Position numbers and translations under genes: made by a program. A stretch of DNA of 32,373 nucleotides, taken from positions 1 through 32,373 of the forward strand of contig JAZDPD010000146.1 of NCBI GenBank assembly GCA_043798045.1, in the 5' to 3' direction. Shown piece by piece: positions 1 through 9,568 of the stretch. The first letter of the stretch is position 1; each line of letters begins with the position of its first letter. This stretch comes from Candidatus Omnitrophota bacterium. GTDB lineage: Bacteria > Omnitrophota > Gorgyraeia > Zapsychrales > Fredricksoniimonadaceae. Below the pieces are notes generated by a model that was given only the letters and a program-made list of their open reading frames with translations, was not told where the DNA came from and did no database searches.

Positions 1-1381
1 GATCTACACGTGCCTCATTAAAAACATTTTCTAACTCTTGAGTATTATTACTTATTGCTGCAACTTGCATGCGAGCAATACGTAAATCATTAGCCTTAAG
101 AAATGTATCCGCTCTCTTAACTATTTCCGATGTAACGGAAAGCCCCATTTCACTGGCCAATTGAGCAGGCGTTGCTGCATTATCCACAACCCTTCCCATC
201 GCCACCGTCACCTGATTCATATCTCCTGTTCCATCCTGCACATCCGAAGGGATCGCCTGGGCATTTTCAACACGCTGTGTTCCGGCCCTAACAATCTTCC
301 CAACATTTTCACCATTAAAACCACCCGAGAAATACTTGCGGGGCATCAGGTCATTACTGGCGGGATCCTGCTCTTCCTTTATATAGTTGAACACGCCCTC
401 TTTATAAGCCTGCACATAGCGCTGAAAAATCTGTTCTTTTTCTGTTTTATCCATCACATCAACGCCTGCCACCTTGTTCTGATCGGCGTAAACCTGGCTC
501 AATATACTTTCTTTCAGGTTATTCTTGTACCATGTGGCCAAAATCAGCACCTGATATACCTGACGCAATAAAGCAAAGTTCTTGCCGGAATTCACTTCTT
601 TCTCAATCTCGGGAAGAATCAGATCACGGATCACCTGGGAGGAAAGCTTGCTTGATTCCTTCACATCACCCTGGCTGAGTTGATCCGTGCCTAAATGACG
701 GTCATTGGAATTTTTCTGCAGCGCCAGATAATCCTCTTCCATCAAAACCTTCAAATGGCTTTTACCCACAACCGCGGTATTGTTCATTTCATACACCTGC
801 GCCTGATCAGGCATGATCCATACCTTGTTAAAGGTATTCATGGGGATTTCAGCCGTGCCCAGCGTTTCGCGCGCCTTGGTGTACACCCGATCCCAAAACG
901 CTTTGCCTAAATCTTTTTCAGGATAAATCATGGAAGCGGAAAGCTGTTTGAGGACATAGTCCTGCGCCAAGAGATCACGGCCCATCTGTGTTTCGCCAAA
1001 CGCCTGAGGGACAATGCGATCATGCTCGTAGGGAGAAAGGTTCACCCAAAGATCTTTTTCGGAAATAGTAAGGGAAGCCAGAAAATATTTAACGAGTTTC
1101 TGTGTTTCAGACTTGATCATGGCCTGATCAGCCTTGGTATTACCGCTATCAACAATAAAATCAAACACAAGCGGCTGGTCGGGGTGAATCTTGACCGCGC
1201 GCAGCATCACAGGAACATACGCATCGCTTACAGGAACCATCATACCCGGGGCTGGCAACTCAATGACACTCTGAGCATGGGCTCTGACAGGCATGGCCAC
1301 ACCAGAAAAAACAAACGCAAACGTCTGAACAAACAACATCCCTTTAAAAACAACACTTTTACGCATGTCCTGTAAGTTCAT
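1..1381 (-). CDS. Paralog 1 (3'-truncated by window edge): signal peptide + conserved N-terminal carrier domain; cargo lies outside the window
   Basis: Not in the ORF track. Manual translation from ATG 1381 (alternative ATG 1366) gives MNLQDMRKSVVFKGMLFVQTFAFVFSGVAMPVRAHA|QSVIELPAPG...FDFIVDSG...WVNLSPYEHDRIVP...MGRDLLAQDYVLKQ...FNKVWIMPD...PRKYFSGG. The frame stays open to position 1. Confidence 0.93.
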   Translation of the reverse strand, partial: MNLQDMRKSVVFKGMLFVQTFAFVFSGVAMPVRAHAQSVIELPAPGMMVPVSDAYVPVMLRAVKIHPDQPLVFDFIVDSGNTKADQAMIKSETQKLVKYFLASLTISEKDLWVNLSPYEHDRIVPQAFGETQMGRDLLAQDYVLKQLSASMIYPEKDLGKAFWDRVYTKARETLGTAEIPMNTFNKVWIMPDQAQVYEMNNTAVVGKSHLKVLMEEDYLALQKNSNDRHLGTDQLSQGDVKESSKLSSQVIRDLILPEIEKEVNSGKNFALLRQVYQVLILATWYKNNLKESILSQVYADQNKVAGVDVMDKTEKEQIFQRYVQAYKEGVFNYIKEEQDPASNDLMPRKYFSGGFNGENVGKIVRAGTQRVENAQAIPSDVQDGTGDMNQVTVAMGRVVDNAATPAQLASEMGLSVTSEIVKRADTFLKANDLRIARMQVAAISNNTQELENVFNEARVD

Positions 1382-1461
1382 ACCTCAATCCCCCATTTTC
1401 ATTAAACGCAATCTTTGTTTATATGAACGCCTAACCACCGAAACATAAGGAAATTACTTTA

Positions 1462-1490
1462 AGTATACCCGATAGAATTTCCTGTTTCAA
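1462..1490 (-). promoter_or_regulatory. Putative sigma70 promoter P2 for paralog 1
   Basis: Minus strand TTGAAA-17 bp-TATACT, about 80 bp upstream of the ATG at 1381. Confidence 0.5.
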
Positions 1491-1501
1491 GACGTGACGT
1501 T

Positions 1502-1530
1502 AATATACTTCATCAATATAAATTTGTCAA
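1502..1530 (-). promoter_or_regulatory. Putative sigma70 promoter P1 for paralog 1
   Basis: Minus strand TTGACA-17 bp-TATATT in an AT-rich intergenic gap. Confidence 0.55.
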
Positions 1531-1617
1531 ATAAACAAATCTAACTGCATTTTATGCCATAAGTTGACATTGCAGTGATACAGATGGTGCATAATGCCAT
1601 TGTTTAAACCAAAAAAA

Positions 1618-4600
1618 TCAGAAATGTCGATTAAGCTCTGAAACGGGAAAAATTTCTTTCACAATAGGCGTTAAGCCAAAGGGTACGCCTTGCTCCAGAG
1701 AGGATTCACGAGATATCAATAAAGCCTGGTCAAGACGCCCCGAAGTTTCCAAAGAAAGCGCATCGGCCATCAGGTTAATACCACCCAGCTGATCATCCAT
1801 GGCCGCATCAGCTGTTAGCTCTTCTTTAAGAGCAACAAACACATTGTTGTAATCAACCGACCTTGTTTCCCAGCCGCTGTCAACGGCCATGCCGTTTTGC
1901 ATGCGAAGCTGCCATTCTTGCTGATCCGTTCTATAAACACGAACCGCTTCTTTTAACGCCAGGTAAAGCTCATCCACATTCTGCTGTCGGGCACCAACAT
2001 CCTCCTTGGGATTCATACGCCGAAAAGTTCCATTAAAAGCAAACCCGTTACGTTTATCGCCCGTATCAAAAACAGTATCCGCCATACCTCCAGTACGCCG
2101 CACAATCGGCAATGTTCCAAAGCGCATAGCCTGCTGATGCCTGACCCCGCATGGCTCAAAATCAGATATGGCAAACATGGCATCGGAACCACCAAATGAC
2201 AAACTACCAAAAGCGCGCACAAAGCCATGCAGCACAACAAGATTAACCCCGCGTTTACGTAATTTTTCATCCTGCGCTAACGCGATCAAACGCCGGGCTG
2301 ATATTAAGTCATCTGTCTGTTTATCCGCAGGCCCGCCAACAACAATATCAACCGGCAATGCCTCCCGGCGGCCATCACGGATATCTTCAAGAATATCCGC
2401 CAGAATATCCAACTGCTTTTGCTGAACAATGCGCTGGATCGCCTCAATCAAAATATTCGGAGAATTCTCATTAAGATATCCGTATTTAACCAGATCTTTT
2501 TCCGGCGCCGGCTGATCTTTCCCCAACATATACTGCAAGAAACTCTTGTTGATCTTTTTAGCCATAACAGCATCCGAAAGAACGGGCTTATACTGTTGTT
2601 TGATATAAGGGTCTGTTTCAGGATTAGCGGTTTCCAAATCAATCCCGTTAACAATGCCCCCAAAGCGATCTCCGATATCCTGCAACAGTTTATCTGTTTC
2701 AAATTCTGTCTGACGAATATCCTTGGCATAAGTATTGCTAACCGTATTGACATACCGGCCTTTACCGCCGAATTTCTTGATAACCCCAGGTGGAACAGCC
2801 ATAAAATTCATCTTGCCATCTTTAATGAGCAAGTTATCAATATCGCGAGTATCATTCAAACCAATTTCCTGAATAAGACGCCCAAGCGCATCAAGCCCTT
2901 TTGGCATAAAAGAAGGAAGAAAATAACTTAAAGACTCTCTCTTAAGCCTTTCGCCTTCGAAAGAATGCGCAAACTCACTTAATGCTAAATCACTCATGGT
3001 GTCAAAATCTTGAGGGAACATTGCAACAATATACTTGGGCATCGGCTGCTCAGTTAAATGTTGATTAATTAACCATCGAAAGAATGTAATGTCCTCATTT
3101 AGCCACTTAACAGCACCCTCTAAATTCTTGAATTTTAATTTCGGCTGTCCCATCGCTTTTAATAAAGGAATAATATCGTCCAAAGATGCCCATTCACTCT
3201 GAAGGAATTGAAATATTCCTAAATATTCCCCCTGATACCCAATATTATGGATCGTAAACACACTGCCCGTTTTTTCTAAAAAGCTTCCGGGAAGTTTCGT
3301 CATATATAAAGAAACAAGCGCCGCATGATGATCGCTGCTGACAATATGATCAGGAGCCTCTCCCAAAAACTTCAACAGCTCAAGAGATCCCTTGGAAAGA
3401 AGGATAGATTCATAAAATTCCTGTTTCTTCCCCAAATAAGGCTTATCAAAAAGATCCGGGGCATCAACCGCGTCAAGCATAATCACTTTAATACCGTCAA
3501 TAACAACCTTCTTGGCCTTTAACGTCACCGGTGAACGATAATTGAAATATTCATGATACTCAAAACCAGGAACATCCTCGACAAGATATTTATCCTTGAA
3601 AGAATCCGCAAGGCCTTTGAAATACGGCAGGATCACGGTCACATCATTACCCTGCTTAACAAGACTTTTGGGCAAATCATACATCACGTCCCCTTGGCCG
3701 CCTTTCATGACCAAAGGCTTGAATTCCATCCCGACAAAGGCAATCTTGCCCTTAAAATGACGATCCACCCAAACACGCCCGTTGCCATAAGGAAGATCAG
3801 CCCACTCCACAGCACCGGTTAGAATATGACAAAACATAAACGTATATTCAAATGAACGCTCAACCTGAAACTTCGTTTGAAAAACAGCATTGCCGTTTTC
3901 AATGCCTGCAAAAGAAAGCTTCAAAGGATCTTCCTTCCAGGAACCGTCACGATTGGAATACAAGAAAACATCATAATTTTCACGCAGGTCAGGATTATCC
4001 ATAATGGCACGTAACACCACCGAGGCGCCTTCAGCTGCACGCACAAACGTATTTTCTATATAACCTGAGGCTTGCGCGGCATCGCGCGAGAAATCCACCG
4101 CCGCCTCAAAAAAACCTGAAGAAGGGATTGCCGCCGTTTGTGCATTTTCAAGGATTTGGGATGTGCCGGATAAAGAAAACCCGCCCACCAGATATTTACG
4201 CAAGACAACATCATCACTGTCCGCATCTTTTTCTTCCCGCACCACATTAAACGCCCCGGCGTTGAACGCCCCGACGTAATTGCCGTAAATCTGTTCAACA
4301 TCCCCCGGATTCTTGATCCGCACGCCATAAATTTTCTTTTGATCCAGGTACGCCTTGGACAAAGCGCCACCGGCAAAACGTTTCTTATACCAAACCGCCA
4401 GGATGAGTGAATGATAAATCTGACGCAAGGGCGCAAAATTAGCGCCCTCGTTAACTTCTTTTTCGAGGGCGGGGAGGATGATTTCGCGAAGGATATTCTT
4501 GGATATTTCACCCGAATCATTCATGGAATGTACGGACGAAGCTTCCTCGCCCAATATCGGGCGGAGTGACGCCATTTCGGGCACGCCATGGCGTGCCCCT

Positions 4601-5274
4601 ACGGCATCATGATTCATCGCCACATAATCCGTATCCAACATCACCTTCAAACGTGCCTGGGTAATATAAGCCATCTGTTCAGGGCGGGTCACGGACCCGC
4701 CCCTACGCTCAAACACCTGCGCTTTTTGCGGCACGATCCATACCTTATTGATTGAATCAATCGGAATGTCGATGGTCCCAAACTTTTCCTGAACCTGGGC
4801 ATATACATCCGCCCAAAACTTTTTGCCAACAGCATTCTCGGGTGACAAAAGCGTGGCGGTTATCTGCTTGAGCACGTAATCCTGATTAAGCAGATCACGG
4901 CCCATTTCGGTCTGGCTAAAAGCCTGAGGGACAATGCGGTTTTTCTCATAAGGCGAAAGGTTGACCCAAAAATCACTTTCAGGAATTGTTATTGCTGCCA
5001 GGAAATATTTAACCAATCGGCCAACTTCATCTGCAGAAGGCGCCATCTGACCAGCCGGGTCAACAATAAAATCCATATGCCAAGGATTTTCAGGATTGAT
5101 CTTAATACCTTTAAGGACAGGAACAAAAGCCACTTCACCCGGCTTAACAAGCCACACAGGCGTCGGCTTTAAAATTTGGGCATGGCCAGGCAGGAGGCTG
5201 GAAAAAAGAAAAACAACAGCGACAAATGAGGCCGTAATTAACCTGATTGTATTATATGAATACACTTTTAACAT
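1618..5274 (-). CDS. Paralog 2: signal peptide + carrier domain + small beta-rich domain + glycogen/starch synthase-like GT5 cargo + C-terminal GGIN motif
   Basis: The ORF extends to TTG 5322; ATG 5274 with upstream AGGA is preferred. GT5 motifs: EFKPLVMKGGQGDV..LPKSL, FTIHNIGYQG, TVSNTYA, GIVNGID..NPETD, FEPCG..QAMRFGTLPIVRRTGGMADTV. Not called glgA because it is a fused, exported, divergent copy. Confidence 0.9.
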   Translation of the reverse strand: MLKVYSYNTIRLITASFVAVVFLFSSLLPGHAQILKPTPVWLVKPGEVAFVPVLKGIKINPENPWHMDFIVDPAGQMAPSADEVGRLVKYFLAAITIPESDFWVNLSPYEKNRIVPQAFSQTEMGRDLLNQDYVLKQITATLLSPENAVGKKFWADVYAQVQEKFGTIDIPIDSINKVWIVPQKAQVFERRGGSVTRPEQMAYITQARLKVMLDTDYVAMNHDAVGARHGVPEMASLRPILGEEASSVHSMNDSGEISKNILREIILPALEKEVNEGANFAPLRQIYHSLILAVWYKKRFAGGALSKAYLDQKKIYGVRIKNPGDVEQIYGNYVGAFNAGAFNVVREEKDADSDDVVLRKYLVGGFSLSGTSQILENAQTAAIPSSGFFEAAVDFSRDAAQASGYIENTFVRAAEGASVVLRAIMDNPDLRENYDVFLYSNRDGSWKEDPLKLSFAGIENGNAVFQTKFQVERSFEYTFMFCHILTGAVEWADLPYGNGRVWVDRHFKGKIAFVGMEFKPLVMKGGQGDVMYDLPKSLVKQGNDVTVILPYFKGLADSFKDKYLVEDVPGFEYHEYFNYRSPVTLKAKKVVIDGIKVIMLDAVDAPDLFDKPYLGKKQEFYESILLSKGSLELLKFLGEAPDHIVSSDHHAALVSLYMTKLPGSFLEKTGSVFTIHNIGYQGEYLGIFQFLQSEWASLDDIIPLLKAMGQPKLKFKNLEGAVKWLNEDITFFRWLINQHLTEQPMPKYIVAMFPQDFDTMSDLALSEFAHSFEGERLKRESLSYFLPSFMPKGLDALGRLIQEIGLNDTRDIDNLLIKDGKMNFMAVPPGVIKKFGGKGRYVNTVSNTYAKDIRQTEFETDKLLQDIGDRFGGIVNGIDLETANPETDPYIKQQYKPVLSDAVMAKKINKSFLQYMLGKDQPAPEKDLVKYGYLNENSPNILIEAIQRIVQQKQLDILADILEDIRDGRREALPVDIVVGGPADKQTDDLISARRLIALAQDEKLRKRGVNLVVLHGFVRAFGSLSFGGSDAMFAISDFEPCGVRHQQAMRFGTLPIVRRTGGMADTVFDTGDKRNGFAFNGTFRRMNPKEDVGARQQNVDELYLALKEAVRVYRTDQQEWQLRMQNGMAVDSGWETRSVDYNNVFVALKEELTADAAMDDQLGGINLMADALSLETSGRLDQALLISRESSLEQGVPFGLTPIVKEIFPVSELNRHF
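4530..4602. repeat. REP doublet (REPIN-like), in frame within paralog 2
   Basis: GTAC-GGACGAAGCTTCCTCGCCC ... GGGCACGCCATGGCGTGCCC-CTAC, including a perfect 20 bp palindrome at 4579-4598. Near-identical copies at 14971 and 22612. Confidence 0.8.
4682..4706 (-). repeat. GTAG-type REP palindrome in frame (encodes RRGGSVTRP)
   Basis: Minus strand GTAG-GGGCGGGTC-CGT-GACCCGCCC. Second copy at 26935-26959. Confidence 0.8.
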
Positions 5275-5350
5275 TTCTACTGATCCTACGCCAACTGCTA
5301 CAAATGTCAACAAACGCAACACTGCCCTGGAATCAATAATCTTTAAAGCC

Positions 5351-8300
5351 TTAGGTCGCCGACGCTACGGCATGTGCGAATAACGACATTGTCATTGCCG
5401 GCTTAATATCCAAAATCACTGGAACAAGGCCTTCAATATGAATATTCTCAAAATTCTGTTGGCCAACAGGCAAAAGAACACCATTCCCATTACGCTTGAT
5501 CTGTAAATCCAAATTCGCTGCATTCATGTCAATACCACCTGGCACCATGGCTTTATCAGAAGAAAACGGCTTTTCCTTAATATAAAGCTCAGAATCCTCA
5601 CTTTGATAGTATAACATTTTCCCTGAAGGAATACCGGTACCCCTAAACCACTCCATCACACCATCGATCTTTATTTTTGAAACATCCTCTGAATACGAAT
5701 TGAATATTGTATAATTAATCCTAACATTAAAACCCGTGCCATACCCTTTAACTTTACTCAAAAAATCACTGATAACCGCTTCCATCTTTTCAGAATCACC
5801 ACTACCCTCAACCCTGGCTTGAATTTTAGAAGGAACAACTTCAGTAACAAAAAAATACTTATAATTCTTATCCAAGAATCTTACTACAACCTGATCTTCT
5901 AGCACATTCCGACTCGATATAACCTGATCCACACGCCCCCACTTCCCGGTAGCGCGTACAGCCACAGGATCAAGGCGTTGAAAACCACTATCAGCAACTC
6001 CCTCATAATCCTTACTATTAAGCAAAACCTCCGACCTAAGAATGTCATCAATCTGAGGCTTGAGCTGTTTATTCAATTCATGTTCAAGCTGATCATTCAA
6101 AATATCCAGCTCTTTATGGATCGCCTGAAATTTCTCCAAAGCATCCGCAGCACTTGAGCGTGCCGACAACCCCATCACCAATGCGGTCAACCGAACCGGC
6201 CCCCTGAATTCCCTCAAAATATTGGGAACAGCCCACGCGGCAATTGCCCCATGCCCCGGGTCTTTCAATTCCTTCAAACGCGGATCCTCATGTTGAAATT
6301 CTGCAATCATTATCTTTAACTCATCCACAAAATCTGCGGCCGAACGTTCACTGGCACTGGAATATCCAGCAGCCAATACCGAAAGCCATCCCGAATAAAA
6401 GCGCCCAACCACCTCTACCCCTCGTCCAGCAATCGCCTTATCCAATTCATCTTCAATCTCCTGAGATTTGGATATCATCTTCTTGACACTTTCTCGCGCC
6501 CGCCATACAGTCTGATATTGCGTCTGCAACTGAAAGAATTGCGGATCCCGTTCAAACAACCTTATCAATGCAATCCGCTCTTTGGTCCGAAAGGCCACTG
6601 CCGCGGCCGTCCGCTTAAAACTTTCATTCACCACATTAACAATACCCGGCCCCACCGCATACCCTACAATAAATAAAGCTGAACCTAACCCAAGAATTGA
6701 AATCCATTTCCTGACCGTATCACTCATCGCCAAATCAACTGAAAACAAATCAATCGTTTGAAACGCCCGCGCTTGGCGAATGAACGGACTTACGCCCTGA
6801 GGCAATTGCGCCGTATGATTAACAACAATCTTTTTCTGGTCATCTTCAGGCAAATTCCCAAGATCATATGCTGATGTATGATTGGAAACATCCGCTACTG
6901 TTCCCGGCTTGCCGTAACCCGCCTCATAAATAACAAGCTCCGGCCTCTTTCCATCTTCATTGACACGAAATAGCCCGTCTTTAATCTCTTGTGCCCTCGC
7001 TTGATCAAATACAATCTGACCATCCTGATAATCCGTAAATCGCTTCAAGTCATTCTTAATATCTTCCGATATCCCGGGCAACCCTTCTCGGGAAAAAGTA
7101 TCCAAACGCAAAGGCGCCATGGTTGTATCCGAAGAATGACTGATGGCCCTGCCTTTGTAACTGATCTGAAACTGCAATGTCGGACTCCCATGAAACGCAG
7201 GGATAGATTTGATACGGAAAGCCTCCTCGCCTGCCCCAACAACTGTTGTTTCATTAAATTTCAAAGAAATAAGCTGAACATCATAAAAACTTTCTAACGG
7301 AGCATTCAAAATGATCTCTGCCTGTTCTTTGAAAAACTTATAAATACCCGGTTCAGCCAACATCTTAATTGACCGCCCACTGTGTTTAAGCCACGCAAAA
7401 TACGACAGCATCCCCGCCACATGATCCTCGTGCATATGCGTCAAAACAACATAGCCCATATTGTCGGGAGAAATCTTTAATGCCGTCAACGACCCAACAA
7501 CCGCAGGGCCAGCATCAACCAGAACACCTTTCTGTCCGACCCAAATCACTTGACTGCTTGCCAAACCATTAGAATCCATCGCACCACTTGTGCCTAGAAA
7601 TGTTACTCCGAATTGAGGGATTTCCTTAAGTGGCTCAACCCCAGCTATGGCAACATTCATTTCCTGCCAGGGATTTCCGTCCAATACAGCTTCTTGATCA
7701 CCATCAATCACCCGAACAGAACCATCTTTCTGATCAACAATCCCCACACCACCAACCTGCGCTTGACCTTGAGACATCACTTTAAAATCCACCATGGTCG
7801 TTGCATCCGAATGGCTTTCCAATATCTGTGCCGGGGAAATAATCTGCCATCGTCCATTAATCCTGACCCTGTCTGCTAAAACAATAGCCTCTCGCCTTAA
7901 CTGATCAATAAACGCCTGGGAATACCCTGCCTCATTCGGCAGAAAATATGGATTTCCCAGATCAAGGTATTTAATAACCCTTTCTTTCTCTTGCTCATTC
8001 TTTACAACAACAACTGTCTTGCGTCCATGAAACGCATAGTTCGCGGCTATTGCAAAATAGGCCTGCATCAAATTACTGCCATCCTGCCCGACCCAATTTC
8101 CTGATGGCGGCGCCACAATAACCGCAGGAAAATCATCCTTCTCAGGAACAAGCGCCCTGTGGAGCATGGATATCCCCAAAGAAATCACACCCTGTGATGT
8201 TTTAACATAATTCCTGTTCGGGTTATGCAAAGCAATGTCAACTTCTCCTGCAGGATAATGATAATCCCGATCAACCCCTGCCACCATGGCCAAATCGGCA

Positions 8301-9478
8301 GGAGCAACCCGCACAAGTGTTGCCACAATGTCGGATTGCGCCGCATCATTAAACCCTTGTGGTGTTATAGCCTGAACATGTTGAATGTATCCAGGCTTAT
8401 CAAACTCGACACCCGCGCTAACAGCTCCACCCGAAAAGTACTTCCGGGGAATCACCTCATGGGCATATTGATCCAGATCCTCTTTGATCAAGTTAAAAGC
8501 ACCGGCCTTAAACGCCGTCACATACTGATCATAGATTCGCTGATTATTGACAGGATCTTGTTCAATCCCTTTAACCTTGGACTGATCAGCATACACCTTG
8601 GTCAATATCGATTCCTTTAGCGCACGCTTATACCATGCCGCCAACAGCATGCCGCTGTATACCTGACGCAGTTGGGCAAAATTCTTCCCCTTGTTAACTT
8701 CTATTTCAATTTCAGGAATAATGATTGCACGCAGAATGTTTTGAGCCAGTTCTTGGGTTGTTGCGTTGGTAACGCGGTCAGCGCTCCTGGGCGCTTTCGT
8801 ATCCACCGATAACTCGCCTGGAAACGTGCCCGGGGATAATGCGGCATTATTCATGGCCTCATAATCTGTTGCCATCATCACTTTCAGATGATGCTCAAGG
8901 ACATAAACCGTGTTATCCTTTTCATAAATCACGGCCTTGCTCGGAACAACCCAAACCTTATTAAACATATCTGTCGGGATATCAGTTGTTCCAAACCTCT
9001 TATAAGCAACCTCATAAACCTGATCCCAAAACCGTTTGCCGAACGCCGTATCAGGATTAATCAATGAAGAACTGATTTGCTTAAGAATATAATCTTGAGC
9101 CAAAAGATCCCGACCCATTTCTGTTTTGCCAAAAACATCGGGAATAATCCTGTCTTTTTCATATGGCGAAAGGTTAACCCACTGGTCCGTATCCGGCACC
9201 GCCAAAGCCGCCAGAAAGTATTTGATAAGCTTTGAATACTGCGCCTGCTTCGCTTCAGAAGTCAACAGTTCATCACTGCGTTTGATAATAAAATCAAATT
9301 TAAACGGATCATTGGGATAAACAACCATGCCCTGAAGCTGGGCAGGGGTGAAGGCAGGGCTTTGGAGTACCATTGTGCCGGGTGCCGGTAAATTCAGCAC
9401 CTGCGCCATACTTCTAGAAGGAAGAATACAGTTGCTGACAAATGCCAACAACACAAACCACAATGCGATCTTTTTCAT
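5351..9478 (-). CDS. Paralog 3: signal peptide + carrier domain + MBL-fold metallo-hydrolase (RNase Z / cNMP phosphodiesterase-like) + TM/coiled-coil module + C-terminal GGID motif
   Basis: The ORF extends to 9499; ATG 9478 (MKKIALWF, GGAG upstream) is preferred. Motifs FGVTFLGTS, VLVDAG, THMHEDH (HxHxDH), AFHG, SSDT, NHTS. Hydrophobic helix WISILGLGSALFIVGYAV. Confidence 0.9.
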   Translation of the reverse strand: MKKIALWFVLLAFVSNCILPSRSMAQVLNLPAPGTMVLQSPAFTPAQLQGMVVYPNDPFKFDFIIKRSDELLTSEAKQAQYSKLIKYFLAALAVPDTDQWVNLSPYEKDRIIPDVFGKTEMGRDLLAQDYILKQISSSLINPDTAFGKRFWDQVYEVAYKRFGTTDIPTDMFNKVWVVPSKAVIYEKDNTVYVLEHHLKVMMATDYEAMNNAALSPGTFPGELSVDTKAPRSADRVTNATTQELAQNILRAIIIPEIEIEVNKGKNFAQLRQVYSGMLLAAWYKRALKESILTKVYADQSKVKGIEQDPVNNQRIYDQYVTAFKAGAFNLIKEDLDQYAHEVIPRKYFSGGAVSAGVEFDKPGYIQHVQAITPQGFNDAAQSDIVATLVRVAPADLAMVAGVDRDYHYPAGEVDIALHNPNRNYVKTSQGVISLGISMLHRALVPEKDDFPAVIVAPPSGNWVGQDGSNLMQAYFAIAANYAFHGRKTVVVVKNEQEKERVIKYLDLGNPYFLPNEAGYSQAFIDQLRREAIVLADRVRINGRWQIISPAQILESHSDATTMVDFKVMSQGQAQVGGVGIVDQKDGSVRVIDGDQEAVLDGNPWQEMNVAIAGVEPLKEIPQFGVTFLGTSGAMDSNGLASSQVIWVGQKGVLVDAGPAVVGSLTALKISPDNMGYVVLTHMHEDHVAGMLSYFAWLKHSGRSIKMLAEPGIYKFFKEQAEIILNAPLESFYDVQLISLKFNETTVVGAGEEAFRIKSIPAFHGSPTLQFQISYKGRAISHSSDTTMAPLRLDTFSREGLPGISEDIKNDLKRFTDYQDGQIVFDQARAQEIKDGLFRVNEDGKRPELVIYEAGYGKPGTVADVSNHTSAYDLGNLPEDDQKKIVVNHTAQLPQGVSPFIRQARAFQTIDLFSVDLAMSDTVRKWISILGLGSALFIVGYAVGPGIVNVVNESFKRTAAAVAFRTKERIALIRLFERDPQFFQLQTQYQTVWRARESVKKMISKSQEIEDELDKAIAGRGVEVVGRFYSGWLSVLAAGYSSASERSAADFVDELKIMIAEFQHEDPRLKELKDPGHGAIAAWAVPNILREFRGPVRLTALVMGLSARSSAADALEKFQAIHKELDILNDQLEHELNKQLKPQIDDILRSEVLLNSKDYEGVADSGFQRLDPVAVRATGKWGRVDQVISSRNVLEDQVVVRFLDKNYKYFFVTEVVPSKIQARVEGSGDSEKMEAVISDFLSKVKGYGTGFNVRINYTIFNSYSEDVSKIKIDGVMEWFRGTGIPSGKMLYYQSEDSELYIKEKPFSSDKAMVPGGIDMNAANLDLQIKRNGNGVLLPVGQQNFENIHIEGLVPVILDIKPAMTMSLFAHAVASAT
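8772..8845. repeat. Diverged partial copy of the ~130 bp in-frame insertion element
   Basis: cctgggcgctttcgtatc...tggaaacgtgcccgggga aligns by eye with 15470-15525 and 26084-26136. Peptide SPGTFPGELSVDTKAPRSADR vs SPSTLPSNVALDSKATQDANR. Confidence 0.55.
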
Positions 9479-9568
9479 GCGTAAAGACTCCATTATCAAG
9501 ATAAATTCATCAACTATTTAGTAAGTATGACATATAAATATATACGGAAACAACTTTGAAAGGCAGCG

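Noticed and set aside
1564-1595. Plus-strand TTGACA...CATAAT promoter antisense to paralog 2
   Set aside because: The spacer is 20 bp, too long for sigma70, and no plus-strand gene follows.
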